A stretch of 64,000 nucleotides of DNA from Eubacteriales bacterium. Its GTDB lineage: Bacteria; Bacillota; Clostridia; Oscillospirales; CAG-382. Numbering within the stretch: position 1 is the stretch's first letter; each line of letters starts with the position of its first letter. The notes below the pieces were generated by a model. It was not told the origin of the DNA, did not search any database, and was given only the letters and a program-made list of their open reading frames with translations. The translations under genes were made by a program, and so were the position numbers. Location: positions 1,813 through 65,812 of the forward strand of contig JAZSOO010000019.1 of assembly GCA_045536935.1 (NCBI GenBank). The letters run 5' to 3'. This document shows positions 11,114-19,244 of this stretch, in pieces.

Positions 11114-11425
11114 TTAAAGTTCGACGTTGAAATCAACGCCAGCGGGGAGATCGGTGCTCATGAGCGCTTCAACACAAGCCTTGGAAGGTTTGATGATGTC
11201 GATAAGACGCTTGTGAGTACGGTATTCGAACTGTTCACGGCTATCCTTGTACTTGTGAACTGCACGAAGGATCGTGATGATCTCCTTATCGGTAGGAAGC
11301 GGAATAGGACCGGAAACGGTAGCGCCGTTGCGCTTTGCGGTTTCAACGATCTTTTCTGCTGCTTTGTCTATAAGAGTGTGATCGTAGCTCTTAAGACGGA
11401 TTCTGATTTTGTCTTTCTTTGCCAT
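11114..11425 (-). CDS. rpsJ: 30S ribosomal protein S10 (uS10)
   Basis: 103 aa from ATG 11425 ([16 protein letters not shown]...), with GGAGG 7 nt upstream. The 143-aa track ORF is an unsupported N-terminal extension. Confidence 0.95.
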   Translation of the reverse strand: MAKKDKIRIRLKSYDHTLIDKAAEKIVETAKRNGATVSGPIPLPTDKEIITILRAVHKYKDSREQFEYRTHKRLIDIIKPSKACVEALMSTDLPAGVDFNVEL

Positions 11426-11611
11426 GGGTTTGCCTCCAAATATAATAATGTAGTGATTTGACGGCAGAGCTTTGAACACCGTACCGGGCGTTTCGTCAAA
11501 CACCCTTAAAAAATGCTCGTAAGCCTGCGCCCGATTGTCGGACATACTCTGTCATAGTTACCTGCGCTTATCGCAGCAATCTACAACTTCATCGCACACC
11601 AAGCAAAACCG

Positions 11612-11640
11612 ATTGTATCATATATATGAAATTTACGCAA
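11612..11640 (-). promoter_or_regulatory. sigma-A-type promoter of the S10/spc ribosomal protein cluster
   Basis: Minus strand reads TTGCGT-17 nt-TACAAT with TG at the extended -10 position (TGATACAAT). It lies ~185 nt upstream of rpsJ. Confidence 0.6.
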
Positions 11641-11712
11641 TAGGTTTGGTTAAAATTACTTTGTAAACAATTTATGAACAAATAAGAAAAATAATTTTCT
11701 TTCAAAAAGGGA

Positions 11713-11741
11713 TTTACAAAAGCGAAAAATTTAAGTATAAT
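11713..11741 (+). promoter_or_regulatory. sigma-A-type promoter for the TSCPD gene / phosphoglucomutase unit
   Basis: TTTACA (11713-11718), 17-nt spacer, TATAAT (11736-11741). It lies 45 nt upstream of the ATG at 11787. Confidence 0.6.
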
Positions 11742-11786
11742 GTTTTACAAGAATATCTCTATATAATATAAAGGAAGAGAAATCCT

Positions 11787-12041
11787 ATGAAAATCAACAG
11801 ACGAAACAGCGGAACCTGCTCAAGAAGCATTAGCTTTGACATCGCAGAAGACGGCACCGTCAGCGAAATTAATTTTGAAGGCGGTTGCAACGGTAACCTC
11901 AAGGGTATTGCCGCACTTTGCGAAGGCCGAAAAGCAGAAGATATAATCAACAGATGCAAGGGCATCAGATGCGGATTCAAGTCCACCTCCTGCCCCGACC
12001 AGCTTGCGATCGCGCTTGAAGAAGCACTCCGAAATCAATAA
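11787..12041 (+). CDS. TSCPD domain protein (TIGR03905-like), function unknown
   Basis: 84 aa, ..GTCSRSISFDI..GGCNGNLKGIAALCEG...GFKSTSCPDQLA.., the hallmark TSCPD motif. Confidence 0.8.
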   Translation: MKINRRNSGTCSRSISFDIAEDGTVSEINFEGGCNGNLKGIAALCEGRKAEDIINRCKGIRCGFKSTSCPDQLAIALEEALRNQ

Positions 12042-12077
12042 AATTTTAAGAAAATATTTTCAAGGGGGATCCCACCG

Positions 12078-13799
12078 ATGAACAAAGAATTTGAAAGATG
12101 GCTGAACAACGAAAATCTTGACGAAAGCTCTAAAAAACGTCTTTTGGAAATCAAAGACGACGAAACTGCTATTGCGGAACGTTTTGCTATACCGATGAGT
12201 TTCGGTACAGCGGGCTTGAGAAGCACTATGGACGTTGGTATTTCCAAGATGAACGTTTATACCGTTGCTCAGACCACACAGGGTCTTGCAGAGCTTATCA
12301 TATCCGCTAACGGTCAGGAAAGAGGCGTTGCTATCTCTTACGACAGCAGAATCGATTCCGATACCTTTGCAAAGACCGCAGCGGAAGTTCTTACCGCAAA
12401 CGGAATTAAGGTTTATCTCTTTGACGGCATTCGTCCCACTCCCGAGCTCTCTTTTGCTATCCTTCATTACGGCTGTATTGCAGGTATCAACGTTACCGCT
12501 TCTCACAACCCGAAGGAATACAACGGTTACAAGGTTTATTGGGAAGACGGCGCACAGTTGCCCCCCGAACACGCAGAAATAGTTTCCAAGAAGGCTTCCG
12601 AAACAGATATCTTCGAAGGCGTTAAGAGAATTTGCCTTTGCGAAGCAGAAAAGAACGGTCTTCTCGTCATGATCGGCGATGAATGTGACGAAGCATTCCT
12701 CAAGGCAGTTTTGGATTGCAGACTTGATGCAGAAAACACCGCCAAATACGGCAACGAAATGAATCTTGCATATTCTGCACTTCACGGAACAGGCTACAAG
12801 CTTGTACCCGAAGCATTGAAGCGTTGCGGAATCGACAAGCTTATCACCATTGACAGCCAGATGATTCCCGACGGTAACTTCCCCACCGTTGCATCGCCCA
12901 ACCCCGAAAACCGTGAATGCTTTGAAGAAGCGATCAAGAAGCTTGAAACTGACGGCATTGAATGCGGTGCTATCATCGCTACCGACCCCGATGCAGACAG
13001 AATCGGTCTTGCTATTAAGGACGACAACGGCGAATTCTTTGCATTGAGCGGTAACCAGATCGGTGCTCTTCTTATCGACCATATCATTAAGATAAGAAAG
13101 AAGAACGGAAACCTTCCCGAAAATGCTTGTGCTATCAAATCGGTCGTTTCTTCCAACCTCTTTGACGCTATCTGTGAAAAGCACGGTGTCAGACACATTA
13201 ACGTACTTACGGGCTTTAAATATATCGGCGAAAAGATCAAAGAATGGACCGCAGACGGCAGCAACACCTTTATCTTCGGTTACGAAGAAAGCCAAGGCTA
13301 TCTCTCGGCAGGTTATGCAAGAGACAAAGACGCTGTCGGTGCAAGCGTTCTCGTTGCAGAAATGGTTTGCCGTCACTTTGCCGAAGGCAGAAGCGTATAT
13401 CAGGCATTGCAGAATATTTACAAGGAATACGGTATCTTCCGTGAAACCGTTTTGAACATTAAGATCACCGGTATCGACCCCATGGGACTTATGGGCGAAA
13501 CAATGGCAGAGATCAGAAATCAGGCTATTGATTCTATCGGAAATATGAAGGTCGTTGCACAGCGTGATTACCTCACGGGTGTTATCAAGAAGGCAGACGG
13601 CAGCGAAGAACCCACCGGTCTTCCCAAGAGCAATATGCTTTATTACGATCTTGAAGGCGGTTCGGCGGTCATCATCCGTCCTTCCGGCACAGAACCCAAG
13701 ATCAAGGCATACATCCTCATTCGTGCAGAAAGCGAAAATGAAGCTACTGCAAAAACCGATGCTTGTATTGCCGATTGCAAGAAGCTTTTGGAAAAATAA
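12078..13799 (+). CDS. phospho-sugar mutase (phosphoglucomutase/phosphomannomutase family)
   Basis: 573 aa. Active-site loop TASHNPKEYNGYKVY and metal loop IATDPDADRIG. RBS AAGGGGGA upstream. Confidence 0.93.
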   Translation: MNKEFERWLNNENLDESSKKRLLEIKDDETAIAERFAIPMSFGTAGLRSTMDVGISKMNVYTVAQTTQGLAELIISANGQERGVAISYDSRIDSDTFAKTAAEVLTANGIKVYLFDGIRPTPELSFAILHYGCIAGINVTASHNPKEYNGYKVYWEDGAQLPPEHAEIVSKKASETDIFEGVKRICLCEAEKNGLLVMIGDECDEAFLKAVLDCRLDAENTAKYGNEMNLAYSALHGTGYKLVPEALKRCGIDKLITIDSQMIPDGNFPTVASPNPENRECFEEAIKKLETDGIECGAIIATDPDADRIGLAIKDDNGEFFALSGNQIGALLIDHIIKIRKKNGNLPENACAIKSVVSSNLFDAICEKHGVRHINVLTGFKYIGEKIKEWTADGSNTFIFGYEESQGYLSAGYARDKDAVGASVLVAEMVCRHFAEGRSVYQALQNIYKEYGIFRETVLNIKITGIDPMGLMGETMAEIRNQAIDSIGNMKVVAQRDYLTGVIKKADGSEEPTGLPKSNMLYYDLEGGSAVIIRPSGTEPKIKAYILIRAESENEATAKTDACIADCKKLLEK

Positions 13800-13810
13800 T
13801 TGCATGATCA

Positions 13811-13845
13811 AAAACGCAGGTTTATCTTGAACCTGCGTTTTTTCT
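13811..13845 (+). terminator. intrinsic terminator after the phospho-sugar mutase gene
   Basis: 12-bp stem AAAACGCAGGTT / AACCTGCGTTTT with a 7-nt loop, running into a T-tract. Confidence 0.8.
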
Positions 13846-13918
13846 ACACGTTTTTTCAATATCCGTCAGCGAAATTTTATTTATTTACAAATAGATAAAA
13901 TTCAAGTCTTATTTTATG

Positions 13919-13947
13919 TTGACAAATATGGTATAACACTATATTAT
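13919..13947 (+). promoter_or_regulatory. sigma-A-type promoter for the ABC transporter gene
   Basis: TTGACA (13919-13924), 17 nt, TATTAT (13942-13947). Confidence 0.55.
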
Positions 13948-13987
13948 AATGTAAGAAAAGTAACTTGGTTCAACAAGGAGAATACTG

Positions 13988-16900
13988 ATGCTTGAGCTTC
14001 GAGGAATAAAAAAATCATACAGAGTCGGCGATATGGTCACGCAGGCGTTGAAGGGTATCTCCGTTAACTTCAGAAAGAGTGAGTTTGTTTCTATACTCGG
14101 TCCTTCGGGTTGCGGTAAGACTACGTTGCTTAACGTCATAGGCGGTCTTGACAAATATGACGGCGGCGACCTTATAATCAACGGCAGGTCTACAAAAGAA
14201 TACAACGATTCCGATTGGGACACATACAGAAACCACTCTATCGGTTTTGTATTCCAAAACTATAACCTTATCCCCCACCAAACCGTTCTTCAAAACGTGG
14301 AACTCGCTTTATCGCTTTGCGGTGTTTCCAAAGCAGAAAGAAAACGCCGTGCGGCAAAGGCTTTGGAAGACGTTGGTTTGGGCGACCACATTTACAAGAA
14401 GCCCGCAGAGATGTCGGGCGGTCAGATGCAGAGAGTTGCTATCGCAAGAGCTTTGGTAAACAATCCCGATATTATTCTCGCAGACGAGCCGACGGGTGCG
14501 CTTGACTCCGAAACAAGCCTTCAGGTTATGGATATCCTCAAAGAGGTCTCGAAAGACAGGCTTGTTATTATGGTTACCCATAACCCCGAGCTTGCAGAGA
14601 AATATGCAACGAGAATCGTCAGAATGCTTGACGGTGAAATAACCAGTGACTCCGATCCCTTCGAGCCTATACCCGTTACCGAAGAAAAGATATCTTCCAA
14701 GAAAAAGAAGGATAAATCGTTAAAGAAGCCTTCTATGTCGTTTGCAACATCTTTTGGGCTTTCGCTCAAAAACCTTTTCACCAAAAAGGGCAGAACGACG
14801 CTTACGGCTTTTGCAGGTTCCATCGGTATTATCGGCATTGCTTTGATATTTGCGGTATCGAACGGCATGACCACTTATATCAACGCCGTTCAGGAAGAAA
14901 CGCTCACCGCATATCCCTTGACTTTGGAAGCAAAAACGATGGATATGACGTCGCTTATGCAAAGCTTTATGAATGCAAGAAGCGAACATGAACACGACAA
15001 AGACGCAATCTACAAAGACCCGATAATCGCTGACCTTGTCAATGCATTAAGCAAGCTCGAAACCACAGAAAACGACCTAAAAGCATTTAAAGAACACCTT
15101 GACAGTGAATTGAAAAAGGAAGGTTCTGCCTTCAACAGTGCAATAAACGGTGTTCAGTATGCATACAACCTTAATCTTTCGGTTTACACCAAGAATCCCG
15201 AAGGTGAAATCATCAAGTCCGACACAAACGAGCTTATGATGGAAATGTTCGGCGATTTTATGATGCAGATATCCTCGAACGGAAAAGAGGAAGATTCGGA
15301 CACCAACTCCTCAACGAACGGTATGATGCAATCGTCGATGATGACCAGGAGCAACGCTAACATGTGGCAGGAATTACTTCCCGACCTTAACGGCGATCCC
15401 GTCAGCAACGTTATGAAGGACCAATACGAAGTTCTCGAAGGCGGCCGTTGGCCCGAAAACAAGAATGAGATCGTTCTCGTTGTCAACAAAGACAACGAAT
15501 TGGACGACCTTACGTTGTACGCTCTCGGTTTATTGAGCAAGAGCCACATTGATTCTATCATTGATGCTGCCGCAACCGGCAACGAGCTTCCCGACGACAA
15601 CAAAAAATGGTCTTATGATGAACTTCACGGAATGACCTTCAAGACCATTCTCCCCTACGATTGCTATAAAGAATTCAACGGAATTTACGTTGACGTGACC
15701 GACAACGAAAGCATGCTTCAAATGCTTTACGAAAACGCTTTGGAATTGAAGGTCGTCGGCATTATCCGTCCCAAAGAAGATACAGAAGCATCGGCTTTCA
15801 ACGGCAAGATCGGTTATACTCATCTGCTTACCGAATATATTATCGAGCAGGCAAAGAATTCTCCCGTTGTTAAAGCTCAGCTTGAAGATGATTCCACCGA
15901 TATTCTTTCGGGACTTCCCTTTGAATCTAACACAAGCGCATTTACCGACGCTGAAAAGAAAACCGCATTTATTGATTATCTAAACACGCTTTCTCCCGAA
16001 AAGAAAGCCGAAACCTACGTTGCGATACAATGTCTCAACACCATCAACGCACAAATGGATACGCAGGTAGAGGCAATTCTTGCTTCTATGCAGGACAAAG
16101 ATATGATCATTGCGCAAATAAGCGGTTCAATTGCGGAGCAGATGGACGTTGAGCCTGAAATGATCGTTGAACAGCTTCGGGAAATGGAGCTTGATGCGCT
16201 TAAGAATATGCTTAAGCCTTCCATTCAGGAATCCATAAAAGTAAAGATAACCGCAGAGGTTACTGCTCAATTGAGCGCATTGACCGACGAGCAGAAGATT
16301 TTTGCGCTTGAAAACGATTCCAAGAGCTATACCGACGAGATTTGTGCTTTGTATTACGACGAGATCACGGTATTTTCAAATTCTACGTACGAACAGACTC
16401 TCGTCAAGATCGGTTCTTTGGATCTTGCTTCCCCTGCAAGGATCAATCTTTACGCTTCGACGTTCGAAAATAAAGACGTTATAGTTGATGCTATCGACGA
16501 TTATAACGATTCCGTCGAAGAAGCAAAGAAGATCTCTTATACCGATCTGCTCGGTATAATGATGTCGTCTATAACGACCATTATTAACGCAATCAGCTAT
16601 GTATTGATCGCTTTCGTTGCGATCTCGCTTATCGTTTCTTCTATTATGATCGGCGTTATCACGCTTATCTCGGTTCAGGAAAGAACGAAGGAGATCGGTA
16701 TTTTGCGTGCAATCGGTGCATCGAAGAGAAACGTTTCGAGCATGTTCAATGCAGAAACGGTTATCATCGGTTTCACATCGGGTATTCTCGGTGTTCTTAT
16801 AACCTATCTCCTCTGCATCCCGATAAACGCAATCATTTACAGCCTTACGGGCATTACGGGACTTAAAGCGCAATTACCTATCGAAATCGCCCTTGTTCTT

Positions 16901-16996
16901 ATTGTTATCAGCGTTATTCTCACTCTCTTTGCAGGCATTATTCCCTCGAGAAGTGCCGCTAAAAAAGACCCCGTTGTTGCATTGAGAACAGAATAA
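13988..16996 (+). CDS. fused ABC transporter ATPase + FtsX/MacB-type permease with a very large extracytoplasmic domain
   Basis: 1002 aa. Walker A GPSGCGKTT, signature SGGQMQR, Walker B IILADEPT. One TM near residue ~270-290, then ~570 non-hydrophobic residues, then three C-terminal TMs with the FtsX-type ..ERTKEIGILRAIGASKRNV.. loop. Confidence 0.9.
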   Translation: MLELRGIKKSYRVGDMVTQALKGISVNFRKSEFVSILGPSGCGKTTLLNVIGGLDKYDGGDLIINGRSTKEYNDSDWDTYRNHSIGFVFQNYNLIPHQTVLQNVELALSLCGVSKAERKRRAAKALEDVGLGDHIYKKPAEMSGGQMQRVAIARALVNNPDIILADEPTGALDSETSLQVMDILKEVSKDRLVIMVTHNPELAEKYATRIVRMLDGEITSDSDPFEPIPVTEEKISSKKKKDKSLKKPSMSFATSFGLSLKNLFTKKGRTTLTAFAGSIGIIGIALIFAVSNGMTTYINAVQEETLTAYPLTLEAKTMDMTSLMQSFMNARSEHEHDKDAIYKDPIIADLVNALSKLETTENDLKAFKEHLDSELKKEGSAFNSAINGVQYAYNLNLSVYTKNPEGEIIKSDTNELMMEMFGDFMMQISSNGKEEDSDTNSSTNGMMQSSMMTRSNANMWQELLPDLNGDPVSNVMKDQYEVLEGGRWPENKNEIVLVVNKDNELDDLTLYALGLLSKSHIDSIIDAAATGNELPDDNKKWSYDELHGMTFKTILPYDCYKEFNGIYVDVTDNESMLQMLYENALELKVVGIIRPKEDTEASAFNGKIGYTHLLTEYIIEQAKNSPVVKAQLEDDSTDILSGLPFESNTSAFTDAEKKTAFIDYLNTLSPEKKAETYVAIQCLNTINAQMDTQVEAILASMQDKDMIIAQISGSIAEQMDVEPEMIVEQLREMELDALKNMLKPSIQESIKVKITAEVTAQLSALTDEQKIFALENDSKSYTDEICALYYDEITVFSNSTYEQTLVKIGSLDLASPARINLYASTFENKDVIVDAIDDYNDSVEEAKKISYTDLLGIMMSSITTIINAISYVLIAFVAISLIVSSIMIGVITLISVQERTKEIGILRAIGASKRNVSSMFNAETVIIGFTSGILGVLITYLLCIPINAIIYSLTGITGLKAQLPIEIALVLIVISVILTLFAGIIPSRSAAKKDPVVALRTE

Positions 16997-17014
16997 AATG
17001 TATTTTTATAAAAA

Positions 17015-17050
17015 CCCTTGTGTTTTAATATGCACAAGGGCTTTTATTTT
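17015..17050 (+). terminator. intrinsic terminator after the ABC gene
   Basis: CCCTTGTG / CACAAGGG stem followed by CTTTTATTTT. Confidence 0.7.
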
Positions 17051-17064
17051 GTGTAATTTTTTGC

Positions 17065-17093
17065 TTGACAGCAGACCTTAATTTTGATATTAT
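17065..17093 (+). promoter_or_regulatory. sigma-A-type promoter for the Na/Pi transporter gene
   Basis: TTGACA (17065-17070), 17 nt, TATTAT (17088-17093) with upstream TG (TGATATTAT). Leaves a ~135-nt leader. Confidence 0.6.
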
Positions 17094-17235
17094 GCATTTT
17101 GAGGGAGATTGCGAAATCGACGTTATATTTGCGGTTTTTGACGAAAAATCCCACAGCCGAAGCAGTTTTGCCGGCCGTTACACCCGTACGCCGAAGAAAT
17201 CAAGGCTAAGAGCGAAACGAACAGGAGAAAATCCC

Positions 17236-19128
17236 ATGAAAAAGTACCTTTTATTCTTAATTGCGGTCATACTGGTAATCGGTGTTTCGGTTATCGGTGT
17301 TTCTGCTGCCGAAGCTTCCGGCGCTTCTACCGAAGCTGCTGTAAGTGCAATCGGTCCCGAAGAGATCATTATGCTTATCGGCGGTCTTGCCTTCTTCCTT
17401 TACGGTATGACGGTCATGTCCAACGGTCTTGAAAAGATGTCGGGCGGTAAGCTTGAAGCTACTCTCAAGAAAATGACCTCCAACCCCCTAAAGAGTCTTG
17501 CGCTCGGTGCAGGTATCACCATAGCAATTCAGTCGTCCTCTGCGATGACGGTCATGCTTGTCGGTCTTGTAAACTCGGGAGTTATGTCTTTAAACCAGAC
17601 TGTCGGACTTATTATGGGTTCGAACATCGGTACAACTCTTACCGCATGGCTCACCTCTCTTGTAGGTATTGAAAGCAGCGGCGGTTTTAGCGTTACCGAT
17701 CTTTTAAAGCCTGCTAACTTCTCGCTTATTTTTGCGTTGTTGGGCGTTTTGTTCGTTATGGGCAACAACAAAAAACGCAGAGATATCGGATATATCATCG
17801 TCGGATTCGCCGTGCTTATGTGCGGTATGGGCTTTATGGGCGATTCTATGAGTGGTCTTAAGGAAAGCCCCGAATTCCGTGATCTTCTTACTATTTTCGA
17901 CAACCCCTTGTTCGGTGTTCTTATCGGTGCCGTTGTTACGGGTGTTATCCAAAGCTCCGCCGCATCGGTCGCAATATTGCAGTCCCTTTGCGTATCGGCG
18001 GCAGTATTTGAGGTTTCGGGCGGTCTTACCTTCGGTATGGCGATCCCGATAATTATGGGTCAGAACATCGGTACTTGTGTAACCGCACTTATTTCCAGCT
18101 TTGGTGTTAACAGAAATGCAAAGCGTGTTGCTGCGGTACATATGTCGTTTAATATCATCGGTACTGCACTGTGCTTGATAGTTTTCTATTTCTTGCATTG
18201 GATCCTCGACTTCTCGTTTATCCTCGATGCACGTATCGATGCATTCGGTATTGCAATTTGCCACATGTTGTTCAACGTTATCACAACGGCGGCACTTCTT
18301 CCCTTTGCCAAGCTTCTCGTTAAATTCGCATATAAGATCATTCCTGACAAGGAAGGCGAAAGCGAAGGCAAGATATTGCTCGACGACAGATTGCTCGCTA
18401 CTCCTGCGGTTGCAGTTGCACACTGTAATTCCCTTACCGTGAAAATGAGTGCCATCGCTAAAGAAACGATGCTTAATTCCATAAACGTTCTTTACGACTA
18501 TGATGATAACCTTGCGCTTGAAATTGAAGAAGCCGAAGGAATCGTCGACAAATATGAAGACGAGCTCGGAACCTATCTCGTCAAGCTTTCGTCCGACGAC
18601 ATCACCGTTAAAGACTCACAGAGCGTTTCGATGATGCTTCATTCCATCGGCAACTTCGAGCGTATTAGTGACCACGCCGTTGAAGTTCTCCGTACTGCTC
18701 AAGAGCTTAGAGAAAAGAAGATTAGTTTTTCCAAAGAAGCACAAGACGAAGTCAAAGTGCTTACGGATGCGCTTCGTGAGATCATCGAGATCACGTTTGA
18801 GGCATTTGCAAACGGAAACACCGAATTGGCAAGAAAGGTTGAACCTCTCGAACAGGTCATCGACGGACTTGCGGCGCAGATGCGTGCAAAGCACATTGTA
18901 AGACTTCAGGCAGGTAACTGTACTATCGAGCTTGGATTTATCCTTTCCGACCTTATAACAGGTCTTGAACGTGTATCCGACCACTGCTCGAACATCGCAG
19001 TTGCTCTTATCGAGGTTTCCGAAGGCTCGTTCGATACTCACAAATATCTTAACGACGTCAAGAGCGGCAACGACGAACAGTTCCGCAGAGATTACGACGC
19101 ATATAAAGTTAAATACGCTTTGAGCTAA
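17236..19128 (+). CDS. Na+/phosphate cotransporter family protein with C-terminal PhoU-like domain
   Basis: 630 aa from ATG 17236, with AGGAGA RBS 7 nt upstream. Polytopic N-terminal region (..GMTVMSNGLEKMSGGKLE.. repeated Na_Pi_cotrans pattern). Helical C-terminal part with ..ERISDHA.. and ..ERVSDHCSNIA.. PhoU-type motifs. The track ORF start at 17065 is the promoter -35 TTG. Confidence 0.88.
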   Translation: MKKYLLFLIAVILVIGVSVIGVSAAEASGASTEAAVSAIGPEEIIMLIGGLAFFLYGMTVMSNGLEKMSGGKLEATLKKMTSNPLKSLALGAGITIAIQSSSAMTVMLVGLVNSGVMSLNQTVGLIMGSNIGTTLTAWLTSLVGIESSGGFSVTDLLKPANFSLIFALLGVLFVMGNNKKRRDIGYIIVGFAVLMCGMGFMGDSMSGLKESPEFRDLLTIFDNPLFGVLIGAVVTGVIQSSAASVAILQSLCVSAAVFEVSGGLTFGMAIPIIMGQNIGTCVTALISSFGVNRNAKRVAAVHMSFNIIGTALCLIVFYFLHWILDFSFILDARIDAFGIAICHMLFNVITTAALLPFAKLLVKFAYKIIPDKEGESEGKILLDDRLLATPAVAVAHCNSLTVKMSAIAKETMLNSINVLYDYDDNLALEIEEAEGIVDKYEDELGTYLVKLSSDDITVKDSQSVSMMLHSIGNFERISDHAVEVLRTAQELREKKISFSKEAQDEVKVLTDALREIIEITFEAFANGNTELARKVEPLEQVIDGLAAQMRAKHIVRLQAGNCTIELGFILSDLITGLERVSDHCSNIAVALIEVSEGSFDTHKYLNDVKSGNDEQFRRDYDAYKVKYALS

Positions 19129-19136
19129 AAAAGAAC

Positions 19137-19176
19137 AAAATCGAGAATCTGCACAATGCCGATTCTCGATTTTTTA
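19137..19176 (+). terminator. intrinsic terminator after the Na/Pi transporter gene
   Basis: 13-bp stem AAAATCGAGAATC / GATTCTCGATTTT, 11-nt loop, T-tract. Confidence 0.8.
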
Positions 19177-19178
19177 TA

Positions 19179-19207
19179 TTGACTTTTGAGTATAAACATT
19201 GTAAAAT
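19179..19207 (+). promoter_or_regulatory. sigma-A-type promoter for the YfhO gene
   Basis: TTGACT (19179-19184), 17 nt, TAAAAT (19202-19207). Confidence 0.55.
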
Positions 19208-19244
19208 TAAATGTACTTTTATAACTTCTTATAGGAGGTTAACG

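Noticed and set aside
11426-11545. 40-codon N-terminal extension of rpsJ in the ORF track (143 aa)
   Set aside because: The internal ATG at 11425 has a GGAGG RBS and gives the canonical 103-aa S10 beginning [12 protein letters not shown]. The extension lies in the leader.
17065-17235. 57-codon extension of the Na/Pi transporter ORF starting at TTG 17065
   Set aside because: That TTG is part of the TTGACA -35 box. ATG 17236 has an AGGAGA RBS and starts the signal/TM segment MKKYLLFLIAV.
17094-17235. Possible riboswitch in the ~135-nt leader of the Na/Pi transporter gene
   Set aside because: I could not match it to any riboswitch class I know. I saw no convincing terminator/antiterminator pair, only short hairpins.
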